Shown here one piece after another: positions 1-12,619 of a stretch of 64,000 bases of DNA; position 1 is the first letter of the stretch, and every line of letters begins with the position of its first letter. A program made the position numbers and the translations under genes. Origin of the DNA: Sphagnum compactum (lineage: Eukaryota); NCBI GenBank assembly GCA_965153455.1, contig OZ234493.1, positions 32,416,213-32,480,212 of the forward strand, written 5' to 3'. The notes beneath the pieces are model-generated. The model was not told the origin of the DNA. It ran no database searches and saw only the letters and a program-made list of their open reading frames with translations.

Positions 1-216
1 TTTAACCCGTTGATCCTCCCCCCCCCCAGTTCCCTGTTATATATAATTAATTTCTCGCCCCGTGCTGGCCCCCCCTCGCCCCGTTACTAAGCCCTGTCAT
101 AGAAAATGCACTGCTCGGTTCTGCCATAGAAAATGCAGAGGGGGGTTCTGTCATAGAATTGCAGCAGAATTGTCGTGTCAGACGCACAAACAGACTTGCT
201 GAATTAATATATAAGA
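1..216 (-). mobile_element. Possible Helitron 5' end, truncated by the window edge
   Basis: The minus strand reads A|TCTTATATATTAATTCAGCAAGTCTGTTTGTGCGTC from 216: a TC start after A followed by an AT-rich tract, as in Helitron 5' termini. There are three internal copies of CTG(T/C)CATAGAA(AA/T)TGCA at ~94, ~121 and ~148. The 3' hairpin/CTRR end would lie outside the window. Confidence 0.35.
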
Positions 217-1642
217 TATACATAAGAATTTTCTCCAAGTGCTTTATGAAGTTTTTTAAAAGGCTCCATCCAAAGGGAGGTAAGAAGGAGGCAAATGAAT
301 TGAGATTGGACACTTATGTCAAAAGATCTCCTCCATTTATAATATTTATCTCATTTTATTTCATTGATGAGCAATTTCAGTATATTTCTTAAAATTTCAC
401 ATTAAAAGATAAAAATTTGTTATGCATATAACATGAATGAGTTAGTTTGAAGTGCTATATTATGTTTAATATAAAATAAATTTATTTGAAATATGATGGC
501 GTGGGTTTTTGTGTAATTTAACATCTTTACTAGTAACGAGAAAGCTCACCACAACAGTCACAAATAAGAAAAGTGGAAATAAAGAAAGAAAAGACTTCTA
601 CTTTGCTTTTATTACCAAATGCCAATTTTTGATACAAAAAGGCTGATAAATTTTTTAAATAGTGATTATCGTTGACGAATAACAATCAAACATTTGGACA
701 ATGGTTTTTTTTTTTTTGTTGGCAAATTTTCGCATCCTGGCTAAAAAGGAAAAGAAGGAAATTGGAATTTTTTCCATTTATTCCCTTTTAAAAAAAATTT
801 AAATCGCCAACTTTCAAATAATTTGGTAATTTGTGAACATTGCAAAAAAAGAAGAAGAAGTAATTACTATGAAATTTTATTTTTTTTGAATGAATTTTAT
901 TTTAAAAATAAAATAAAACAAACTAAATCTAGGAAAATAATAAAATATTTATAAAATTAAATAATTTAAAAGTCAAAATACAAATGATTGAAAATAATAA
1001 AATAACAATAATAATGTTTTTTCTAAGAACAGGACTTCCACGAAAAACCATGCAACACGAGAATTTGACAGTAGTTACGCAGAAAGCTTGAATTACCCCG
1101 ACAGCTCATTGTCACTTGATCTAGCGGTTGAGATTTGCCTACACGATGAGACCAGGGTCCGCAGATGATCATCCGGCAGTCGAGAACGTGCCACGTAGTG
1201 GAAGTTACCGCGGCTTCTATACCCGCGCATCCCTATCCCTGCTCTTCCCTTCCCTTCCGCGTTGCCGGCTTCCTTGCTGTGTGTAGGGTGGGTCTCTCGC
1301 TCGCCATCGCTGCCGCTGCTGTTGCCGTTGTAGAACACACCACGACCACCACGACGTCGTTGCGGCGGAGCTCGTGTTTTTTTGCCTCCCGCATTCCATT
1401 CTCGTTTGCACATCGCACGAGAACGTCTCTACATTTTTCGGCTTCCAATAAGTCTTTTTAGATTTTTTGTTTAATAGATTCTTTTTTAGTGGTTTTTTTT
1501 TTTTTTTTTTTTTTTTTGTTTTCATCTGTTCTTCGGGGCTATCAAGAATTTCTTCGGGCTCAGTTAGCAGAGTGTCCTTCTCAGAGAGAGTGAGAGAAGA
1601 AGTCGGGTGGGGTGCTAGGGGGAGTGGGAAGAACAAGTCGTG

Positions 1643-4600
1643 ATGGCAGAACGAGCATGCGTGCAGCGACTCCAAAAGGAATTCAGGGCGATGTGTAAGG
1701 TGAAGGAAGAATCTGTGCCCCTTTTCTTTCTTTTTCTGGTCTTGTTTTCCTTCTTTGAAAGAACTCTTTTTTTTTTATGGAACACGAAGGTTCGGATCAT
1801 CATCCTGTGGAAGTTTAGAGTCCCGACCGGAACTATAGCTTCCAACTTTGATAGGATTGTTATACAAAAACAACGAATGTTGAACACTCGTCCTCCTCAG
1901 CTGTGGTGGTGATGATGTTCCTGCAACAACGGTGAACCCTAATTCTGGGGTTTGTACTGCAAGATGTTTGCCCTAGTTTAGGGCAATAGACGGCGAATCT
2001 TTGACTAGAAATCGATTTTGAAATCCTAGATATTGGAGACCTGACTTCATGTTCCCTAGATTAGGGTTTTCGATCTGGGATATTTAGTTGTGAGAACAGG
2101 CGCTTTGCCTTTGAAGGAGGTAAGGTTTGCAGGCACTTTCAACATGCAGTTTAGGGTAACCCTGAACCCTAGGTCACAGGCTGCATACATCTCTACCATT
2201 CATTGGTGGTCCTCAGAATTATCATCCGAGACTCTGGTTCTCGGTGCTGGTTCACTGATGGCAGCAGACATACTTCTTGTGGTGCCCTGTGTTATATGCT
2301 CCTCCTGGAAACCCTTTAAATTGATAGTTCATAAAGCTACCAGCTCTGTTAAGGAACTTCAGATCTCTTCTGTGATCTCTTTCTTTTTAACATGGCTGTG
2401 GCAACTGGATAGTTTTTGAGAACGTTTGGGACAGCTATTTCCAACAGTACTGAATTTCTCCCTGAAAAATTCAGCAAGTATATGATTTGGTAATCTTTTT
2501 TTGCTCCCAGCAGGTGCCAAGTAGAGAGATACCATTTTATTCTCACTCCCTGTATTTTTTTTCTCAGGAACCCGTTCCACATATTTTGGCTCGACCATCC
2601 CATTCAGATATTCGGGAATGGCGTAAGTATTCATATTTCTGTGCAGAAAGCCCTTTATTCCACCTCATCATTGACTGCGATCTTCCAACACTACTTTTCT
2701 TGAGCAAGCAACACAGTCTTTGTGTTATCTTTAGTGGGATCTTGTGGACGCATGTTGAAAAGTCCTATGTTGCTAGGGCTTTTGAGTCTGTGTGAATGTG
2801 TACTGTTGACCCTAGGCTTGATGGCACTAGTAGTAGGGCTTGTATGAAGAGACCAATAATCTTGCTGGTGTGGCTGAATCCTAACTTGTTATTATCTGTG
2901 CAGATTATGTTCTGGAGGGAAGTGAGGGCACACCATTTGAAGGTTTGTTACACAGCATGTTTGATCCTTTGCTGCTGCGTGCAGTCACATCTCCTTCTAC
3001 ATGTTTGTTTCAACAACAAACACTCATAGTCTGGTTGTGATATTGAGTTGTTCATTGTGATTCTTGCATCTAGTCTGTTATTGACAATTGTTTTCAAGTG
3101 CAGGAGGTGTGTATCATGGCAAAGTCAAATTCCCAGAGGAGTACCCCTTCAAGCCCCCTGGCATCAGGTTTTCATCAGATCATCTGTTTTTGGTCACAAT
3201 GCTTTTAGACAGCCCTTCACTGGTAAGCATGAAAGAAGGATTGTTTTTTTTGACTGGGAGAGATTTTGTCATGGGGTGGGCACAGCATGATTACTCCAAA
3301 TGGGCGTTTTGCAACAAATAAAAGGATCTGCATGTCTATGAGCGATTGTATGTATCTGACTTTTATGTATTGACTGTATGTTTCTTCTATTTTGCTGCTG
3401 TTCTATATACAATGCTATCAAAGTCTTGACAACCTGTCAGGCTGTACTCTGTGCATTGGATTCATGGTTAGGTCTATGGGATTTAGCTCAGAAATTGACA
3501 GAGATGGTACTTGGTCTATAATAAGCACCACATTATAAGTGCTGAGAAATTCTCAGGACTTATGAAGGTACATCATCAACAAATAGAGGTGCTTGACTAG
3601 GGATTCCAGACCTGCATCAAATCTAAGTGGCAATTTAAGCAGAATGTTTGCACTGAAAATATGAAGACCTCTGTATCCATTTTATGTGATCCTCAATTGT
3701 GTAGTGCTCAATGAGGCCAGATGCCTAGTTAAGGTTTTCTCAAATGAAGGTTGGCCTTTGAAGCATACAGTGGATATTTTAGCATGTGGTGGAATTTCTT
3801 GCAAGTATGATTTGGCATTATACTTCCAGTGTATGATTGAAACAGGTCTTTTGACCCTTCACAATCTAGCCAAGTAGATTGTGCTAATTTGGCTCGACAG
3901 CCAAGCTCATGAAGAACGCACATATTCTATTGTTTTAGGTGTTGACTTTACATCCTCACAGGGGTTGTTTTCCAGATTGTACATCACTGAAAATTATGGG
4001 TGTGTGTGGGGTTGGGATGGCAGTCCATCCAGAGACATGGAACCCAATGTGGTCTGTTTCAAGGTGATATTTGTCAGCTTTCTCCTGTGCATCTAGATTT
4101 GTTTTTGCAGTATATTTGGTCGATGAGTCATGAGCAAGTATTAACATAAATCTGCTGTATGTTTTTGGTGCAGTATTCTCAATGGCCTTCTATCCTTTAT
4201 GGTATACACCCCATGAGACCAAACTTTGATATCCTTTTTTCCCTGAAGCAAAAGACGAACAGTTCATGATATACTCCATAACTGTAGACAACCTGCCCTC
4301 TGAAGATCAGAATTGGTTCTTGAGATGCATTTTGTTTATGGTGTAATAGTGGTAGATATTCAAAGTGCAAGTTTTACTGATTTTTAGAGGCATTTGGGGC
4401 ATTTCATCACTCAGTACTCAGATTGGTGTTGGCAGTTCTAAACAGGATCATGTTCCAGAATTTGATCCAGATTCTGGGTTTCCTTCTTTGCTTGCAGACT
4501 GATAATGCAAATACCACAGGCAGTGTATCAACTAGTGTTGAGGAGAAGCAACGTTTGGCAAAGGCCTCTCTTGCTTACAACTGTAAGAGGTAAGTTGATT

Positions 4601-5111
4601 CCTAAATCTCTATCACCATATAATTCCAGCCTTGTGATGAAGATGGTGCAATTTCTTTTTCTCTTTTGACTGTTAGTATGTGACCAGCTTGTGTGTATAT
4701 TAGAAATGTTGAAGGTAAGTGAAAATGTCAGAATTACTGCAGGATGGGAGAGAAGTTCCCTGCTGTGGATTTCCTTTCTAAAGTAAAGCTGTGACTGAAT
4801 GTGACTGAGGGTTGCTGTGCAGTGCTATATTTCGCAAGATGTTTCCAGAGTATGTTGAGATGCAATTAGCAAGAGAGAGAGAATCAGAGCAGGCAGCAGT
4901 TGAGCAAAAGGAGATGCCTCTTCCACATATGTCTGTACTCCCCGAAAAAACCCAGCAGCTTGTACCTCCAGATAGAACCCGGGCAAAGATGAAAGGACAA
5001 CAACACAGGTCTTTCCAAAAGTTTCCACTATGGTTGACTGCTGTGGTGGTTGCAGTCTTTGCAAGCATTATGGCACTGCCTTTGCTTACACTTAATCTCA
5101 CTAATATCTGA
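1643..5111 (+). CDS. UBC34: Ubiquitin-conjugating enzyme E2, UBC33/UBC34 (Ubc6/UBE2J2-type), tail-anchored; ~241 aa, 9 exons
   Basis: Exons 1643-1699, 2568-2622, 2904-2942, 3104-3167, 3286-3347, 4024-4063, 4174-4201, 4498-4589, 4823-5111 (all GT-AG; total 726 nt, in frame). Translation: [86 protein letters not shown], including the catalytic Cys. C-terminal hydrophobic anchor LWLTAVVVAVFASIMALPLL. Confidence 0.93.
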
Positions 5112-6649
5112 TTGGGTTACGTGTGTATATGTCTACTTTCTTAAACTGGTTCCATTATTTTTCCCAGGACTATGTACTCTTACAGAATTCTTGGTCTGCA
5201 GCTAGGTTTCGACAAGAATGTTCAGACCTGCATTCTAGTCTTCCTTACATTCAAGGGATGCATGGGTGGTAGATCAGGTTCTTGATAAAGCATGTGCAGA
5301 CTTCTATTTTGTGGGTTTGTTCACTTTGAGAAACATGTTGATGTTTTAGCAGGTTCAGAATCATCTTTTGTGTTGGATTACACAGATATAGTATACTATT
5401 GTCTTTCAGCTATGATTGTTGGAGTTTGTGAACTGATTGGATGACAAATAACCTCTTTCATTTCCCTGTGTTTCCTAATGCTTGTAAAAAGTCGAATGTG
5501 CTATAGTGTCTGAAAGCTACCAGTCTTGAGATCAGGATCAGGAAATCTTCAATTGTATTAAATATAGATGGATACACAGTTGTAAGAAGTTGACACCGGT
5601 TGCAGTGGGTGTATAATTTGGATTAAGATGAAGTAAACTAAGGACTGGAGGTCGAGTGTTGGTAACTAACTGTCTTGGAGGATAGAGAAGGTTTCAATTT
5701 TGGTTGATGTGTTTCTTCATTGGGATCTCGTACAGAAGGTGCCAACCTCAGTGTAGATGGCATGTCCAGGAAATTGGACTGGAGCTTAATTGATTGGTAC
5801 TAACTTTTGGAACAGATGGCAACTGGATTTGCAGTATTGAATGTTGCCGTCATGATGGAAGGCAAAAACCAACAGATGGTCTGTGTAGTAGGTACAATGC
5901 AAGTTTTTGAACCAGAGAATAACCTGACTTATTTCCATTGTAGTACATTGCATTTCCATTGGGATTTATGAGAGGATCATCCCCAAAAACTATGTTTTAA
6001 TGCTGGTGTGGTTTGAGTCTAATCTGAAGATTTAATTTTTGTCAATATTTGGTTTAACATTGAACATTCTTAACAGCAGCTTGAAGCATCCATCTGGTCT
6101 GTACAATTCATTTCTTCTCATAGCTTTGAAGCATTTATTTGATAATATCATAGGCCTAAGTTATCCATGCAGACTTTTAATCATGTAATCATATCCATGG
6201 TTATAAGAATATGACTAAGCACAAAAACATGGCATATATGACTAAAAAATGGTCATTAGCCATATTTGTCCCAGTCATGAATGTCAAGTTTTGGTGTAGT
6301 AACTTCACTACACTCACCCTTGGTGCATGGGTGCAAGCAGGCTAATAAGAGCCATTGGCACATCCTTAGGTGACTATTTTTTGGAAAATATTTTCAGAAT
6401 ATTCTCAAAAAAGTCTTCAAAAATATATTTAAAAAATTAAAAAAAATCTTTGTACTATTTTGTTAAAATTATTTTCAAGTTAAATTTTTTTTTAAAAAAA
6501 TTGATGTAAAAAGCATAGAATTAAATAGTGGATATGATTGTTTTTAGCTCCTTAGCATAACTACACTTGCATCTAGTTTTGGTGTTGTTAGTGGTAAAAT
6601 TTTTGCTATTGCACCTACCATAGCCCACAAAGGAAAAAAGGAAGAAGGA

Positions 6650-8710
6650 ATTTGATATTCGTCAGGTTTTCAAAGATGAATGGGCTGCCAAGTTTTTTTG
6701 GGTTGAACTAGTCATAAACCTTGGAGGTAAGTTGCAGATGGTACGTTGCAAGGTGTGCACATAAATGGAAGGTAAGGAAAAACTTTTAAACCCTAAATTA
6801 AATGGTTTGCAAAAACATTATAGTAGGTGGAAATCTTTGATTACTGGTCTTGGAGTTGCAATGGGGGATTATTATCAGAATAATCAAAGCTAGCACCAAA
6901 AAAATGAGAGGATTCATACCATTGAAGGTCCTCATTTTATTGTGCAATTGATGTTCAATGGAAGAAGGGCAAAAAAAGTAAGAAATATGTTCAGTTTGTG
7001 GCAATGTTCCACTTTCTGAAACATGGCAAGCCCATGACTAACTTTGAACATATGAAGTCGTTTGAATTCTTGAAGTTTGCCCATGTCCCAAGGAAGCACT
7101 GGACAAATTCTTGTGGGTGGGAAATTGCAACAGCCTTGCACAATTTGGTTTTGAACCAAATGAAATTAGTTGTGGAGAAAAAAGGATTTATTTCAATTAT
7201 TGTGATGAAGTCACAACTTTGGACAACTAATCTTGGATATTTGTGCATGCATACATTGTTGAAGATTGGAAAAGGGTGTTAATTTTTTTAAACCTTGAAA
7301 AGGTTGTGGATGGAGCCACATTTGATAACCTTAGTGCTATGATTGTTCACTTTCTAATAGTTTTTGGTGGTTTATTAGAAATGGACATTGCTAACAAGGT
7401 TATTTGCTTTGGGGTTGTAGGTATTCATTGTATGACACACGATGTAATTTAGATGTCCAAACTTTCTCTTCCTTGACTTTAGTTGGGAAGATTGAAAGTT
7501 TGCTTGCATCCATGTACCTATACTAATTAGTCCGCCAAAAGAAATTTTGAATGCACTAAGTTGGTGGAGGTGATTCAATCAAGGAGTCTAAATTTTATGA
7601 GGAACATTAAGACAAGGTGGATTTCTATGTTGGTTCCATTTAAATGGGTGTTCGGTGAATACAAGAATGAATGATAATGTTGCCAGAGTTCTTAATGTTA
7701 GAACAAACTATGAGCTTCTATGCAATGTGGAAATTGTTATGGGCTTAACTTGTGTGCTGTCAATGTTGGAAACAATACAAAGTTTGAGCAAACTTGCTCA
7801 AAATAGGGACACATTCATTTGTGACTATGTTGTAGCTGTGAAGTTGTGTCAAGCAGAATTATACACCATGTACATGTGTGTTGACCTATAATATTCATAT
7901 GACTGTTTCAAGAACTTTTTGAACTTGGTGCAAGGCACTAGTGTTGCAATACCTATTATGTGGTGGATTGAACCACAAACACAAGTGGAATATGCCACTT
8001 TTCAATTCATTCAACGGTTGTACATGTTCCACAAAACTGACAAATCTACTAGAGAGGTTTCCATGGTTGTTAAAGGTGATTGGGCATCTACATGCCAAAG
8101 TGTCAAAGAACAATGCAGTGGCGTTGCCAAAGGTTTGATTGATGAGTTAGATAGAAGGTACCCTACACATGAGGCGATGAATGCCACATGCATTATCTAC
8201 CTTCAATACTGGCTACAACTAAATGTTGCCACAACATTCCTTGGCCATTTAGCCATTTTGAAAGAATAATATTGCCAAAACAAGATTGTGTTGCCAACTA
8301 GAGTTTCACATGGTCCTTTACTGGATGCTAATTTAGTTAATCAACAAGCTTCTATTTTTGTTGTCACTATGCAATCTAATAGCATTGCTGCCATGTAGCC
8401 CCCGCTAGATTACAACCCTACCATTTGAATGTGGAGGCAATTGCATATTAATCAAGTTTTGAAACGTGGGCTATTTGAATACCTAAAGCTTGTTGAATTG
8501 GCAATAATGGTTATTCTAGGGAGTGTGGAGGACGAATGTATGTTCTCTACACTTTTTTTATGAAGAGTAAGTTGAGGAATTAGTTGACTATGCACATTGA
8601 TTTAATTGTGTGAATGTACATGTAACAATTTTTTATTTTTGAAAATTTTCCATTCTATATTGCCATCATTCAATGGAATGAAGAAAAATTTCAATATGGG
8701 GTGGAGATGT
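6650..8710 (+). mobile_element. Decayed hAT-superfamily transposase (ZNF862-like), pseudogenised
   Basis: Frameshifted, stop-interrupted fragments in collinear order: FKDEW..WV..VRCKVC, GKPMTNFEHMK..HW, IHCMTH, KTRWISML, and a C-terminal dimerisation-like segment SVEDECMFSTL..MKSKLRN. Element ends not identified. Confidence 0.75.
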
Positions 8711-9278
8711 AATATGACATTTTTAATTTTCAGAATGGTTTGAGTTCAACCTTCCTTGCAAATTATGAATGTACCCAAGTTTGCTAATGTGTCTATTCAT
8801 AGATTAGGATTTTGGTACTAATGTTTTCTATTTTGTAGGTTCGCCTTCCATTGCAATAGGGCAAAGTTCATTTATATGGACTAGGGTTTAATTCCCTTAG
8901 AAGGCACATGGTGAATTATGTTGCCACAAAATTGAAACTTGAAGGCACATTTTCATCTATAGGTAATTGTTGCTTTGGGTGTTCATTAGAATATACATTC
9001 TTTCTTTTTGTTTTTAACTTTAGATATCAACCTTGAATACTCATGGATATGTATGGTATTGCAAAAGTTGTTGCAACCACAACTCTGTTATTGAAAGAAT
9101 AAATATTAAACTTGAAATCATGTGTTTTTTAATTATCAACTTTTGGATAATTATGGACAATCTCTTTTGATTTGAAGCATGTTTACAATTTAAAATAAAG
9201 AATCTCTTAATAATTTCCAGAGATCCATTTTCAAAAGTGTCATTTGGTAGGTGGAGTTGCTTGATAATTGAAGAAAAT

Positions 9279-10178
9279 TGTCGCAACCTTGGCCTTGAGC
9301 TTGCGACCAAGGCAAAGGGTTGCAAGGTTGCGGGCCAAGAGGGAAACCCAAGAGTCATGCCGCATGCTTCCGGGAGTGCAAGAGAGTGTGAGGGAATAGA
9401 CCCTCACACTCCCAAGGGACCTCCCACTTTGGGAGTTGGAGTTTTAGTGGACTCCCAAATGTTTAGAGAGTAATTGCAAGGGTCAAAACCCAATGGATTG
9501 AGGAGTTCTTTATATCATTGAAAAGCTATTGAAACATAGATGTCTAAAATGGGTTCGCATGACTCATTTGGACATCTAAAACACAAGTTATGGCCAAAAG
9601 AAGGGTCGGGAGTCAAATTGGCAATTTAAAGATAGGAATCGACCCAATTTCGTGGCGTGTAGATGGCATGAGACATACCGTTGAAAAGCTCTTGATGAGG
9701 GTTGCAACTTTGCCTCAGACCTTATCTTAATCGAAGGTCTACACGCAAAGTTATGGGGCCCCAAAGTCGCGAGAGTCCCAACTTTGGCAATTCCGGGACT
9801 CCCAAATGGGAGTCCCGGGACAAAATGTCATTTGGATGTGGGCCTCGTGGAGAGGCACAGAGTATACTATAAGGGGGAAGGTGGTGGCTTCCCCCAAGTT
9901 CAGGCCGTGGTGAGTCTTGTGAGTCCAAGTTTGCCCGTGGTTTGTCCTAGCACCAAAAGTGTTCCAACTATGCACTAACCATTTTGTGTTGGTTTTGTGT
10001 AGGTCTGTGTGAGTAGTTGATGCTTGTCATTCTTCCTAGTCCCATCCTGGAACTCCAACACACCCCTCGACCCCTCCAAAGTGTTGCAAGCCAGGGAGCG
10101 TGCCCCAACTTGTTACTTTTCCACTATATTCTGTTTTGGACTCACATTTGAGTCCCTCAAGGAGTTGGAAGCACATCA
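9279..10178. mobile_element. Solo LTR of an LTR retrotransposon
   Basis: 900-bp GC-richer block beginning TGTCGCAACC and ending GCACATCA (TG...CA termini). Flanked by AAAAT and AAAAC, a 5-bp TSD with one mismatch. No gag/pol sequence adjacent. Confidence 0.75.
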
Positions 10179-10839
10179 AAAACACTGCATCAATTTCAAT
10201 ATGTGTAGGCTTTGTTTGTAGGTGATTACAATTTTATTTTTTTAAAATTGGTTTAAAACTTGTTCACACATATTTGCACACATTACTACAATTCATGGTT
10301 TTTTTAGAGGTTCAAATTGACTAACTTGTCATTTTGATTAATGAACATGTACATTTGATTAAAGGCCAAGGGTTTGAATGACACATGTATTTATTAACTG
10401 ATTAATTTGACTACAGTGGTTCATTTTATTAGATACACATAGTCAAATTGTACAACCTTAGTCAAAATGGCCAATGGTTTATAGTCAAATTGAACATTTG
10501 ATCAAAATGGTTAGTGATCTTTAGTAAAAATGACCAATGGTCTTTAATCAAGTTCAACATTTAATCAAGATGGCCAATGATCTTTAGTCAAATACAACAT
10601 GGTTTACTACCTTATGAATCTACGTCTTATTTACTCATCCACCTATTTATTTAGTTAACTACTTACCTACCTATTATCCACCCACCCACCTACCTTTTAT
10701 TACCTATCTACTTATTTATACATTTTCACTTACCTACCTACATATTTACCTATATTTTTCATTTTTGTACAACCTACCTATTTACTAACCCACCTATCAA
10801 CATATTATTTATTTTCCTATCCACCCATTTATTTACCTA

Positions 10840-11590
10840 ATTTTAGCCATTAGGTTTAGCCATTATGTTTAGCTATTAAATTTAAATATTTAGTTTACCC
10901 AATTTTAACCAAAATTTAACCATTAAGTTTATTTATAATTTAACCATTAGGTTTAACCATTATGTTTAGCCACTAAATTTCGCACTAGGTTTAGCCTAAG
11001 TTGAACCATTAAATTTTGTCAACAGGTATGGCCTAATTTTAGCCATTAAGTATAACCATTAAATATAACTTAGGTTTATTTAATATGTTTAACCACTAAA
11101 GTTACCCATTAAGTTTAGCCATTATGTTTAGCCACTAGGTTTAACTTATGTTTAAACACTATGTTTAGCTAAGGTTTAGTCATTATGTTTAACCGTTATA
11201 TTTTGCAACAAGGTTTAGCCATTAAGTTTATCAATTAAGTTTAGCCAATTACATTTACCCATGAAATTTAACCATTAGGTTTATCAATTAGGTTTAACCA
11301 CTATGTTTAACTATTAAATTTAATCAATGATTAGCCATTATGTTCAACCATTAATTTAAGTTGCTAAGTTTCGCCATTAGTTTAAATCCATGAATTTAAC
11401 CATTAGGTTTGACCATGAGTTTAAATCGATGAATTTAGCCAATAGGTTTAGCCGTTAATTTAAATCGTTGAGTTTAACCATTAGGTTTAGTCATTAGTTT
11501 AATCGTTGAGTTTAGCCATTAAGTTTAACCATTATTTTAAATCATTGAATTTAGCCAGTAGTTATCACCTAGGTTTAGCCATTATGTTTA
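10840..11590. repeat. Degenerate ~14-bp minisatellite (TTTAGCCATTAGGT-like) inside the CACTA element
   Basis: Dozens of variants of TTTA(G/A)CCA(T/C)TA(G/A/T)GT in tandem. Confidence 0.85.
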
Positions 11591-11644
11591 ATGATATGAA
11601 ATAAACATGTGAAATAAAAAACTTGTTAAAAATTGAACACCTTT

Positions 11645-11718
11645 GATGGTGTAGTCCATTGGTAAGCACTTGGTTTATCATTGTGAAGGTTTGGGGTTCA
11701 ATTCTTTGTATTTACAAC
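11645..11718 (+). pseudogene. tRNA-like / SINE-head-like segment
   Basis: Pol III A-box-like TAGTCCATTGG (11652-11662) and B-box-like GGTTCAATTCT (11695-11705) at tRNA spacing. The stems pair poorly, so it is not called a functional tRNA. Confidence 0.45.
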
Positions 11719-12619
11719 TTATGTGCATGCTTAAAAGGCGTAGGTAGGTAGGTAGGTAGGTAGGTTGGTGAGGTTAGGTGAGGTTAAGTTAGGTTAGGTA
11801 GGCTAGGCTAGGTTAACACCTACCCACTTACCTAAATGCCTTTTCTCAACCTACCTAAACCTATTTACTACCTACATACCTATTAGTTTTTAAAATAATA
11901 ATTCAAAATTTTTTTTAATTTAGGTTAAAAATTGACCTAATCAAATGGTTTACTATTTACTAGTCGAATAATTAGTCATTTCATCAATCATTGTGCCAGT
12001 CAAAATAACAAGGTCCAATTTGATTGCCCAGTCACACAGGACATGGTTAAAATGACTTGTCCAGATTGACAGGGTGGTTTTTTGTACGCATGTCATTTTT
12101 GAGTATTTTTTGACTAGAAAACCCAGTTGAAAAAATCATAAATTGTAGTAGTGACATTTTATAATTCCACGTCACCAACTTTATAGGAAACTTAAGTTTC
12201 ATTCACACCATTCTTCACCTTTAATAAATTTGATACCGTCACGTGCTTCGAATTTTAACATGAAAAATTTGCCATTTAATTAATCCCAATTAGGTTGCTT
12301 AGCCATCCTATCGATATGTCACATGAAAAGAAACTATGATGCTTACATAAAAGTGGCTAACCACACAACTTGGAGAAAACCCAAAAACAAACACTAAGCC
12401 TATCAGGAGTGCAGCAAAAGGCATCATGGTTTGGAGAGATCTCAATGTGAGAAACAAAACAAACAAACTACCTTTCTTCATAGAGAGATTGTTATGGAGT
12501 GAAATTTCGTGGCAATCGGCAACAAATGGGGAGGTTCTCATCATCAACGTGTGTCCCTTTTTTTTCCTTTTGGTTCTTTCATAGTTTTTGGTTTTGTTTT
12601 GCCTTGTAGAGTTTCTCTT

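Larger units (their letters stand above)
10281..12153. mobile_element. Non-autonomous CACTA (En/Spm) element
   Basis: Left end CATTACTACAATTCATGGTTTTTT matches the reverse complement of the right end, CACTACTACAATTTATGATTTTTT. Perfect 3-bp TSD ACA on both sides. Many TAGTCAAA/TTGACTA subterminal motifs near both ends. No transposase ORF. Confidence 0.85.

Noticed and set aside
6195..6302. Possible orphan CACTA end (..ATATGACTAA repeats..TTTTGGTGTAGTA)
   Set aside because: The terminal base does not match and I found no partner TIR or TSD.
11645..11718. Functional tRNA gene
   Set aside because: Acceptor and anticodon stems do not pair convincingly, and it lies inside a transposon. Kept only as tRNA-like.
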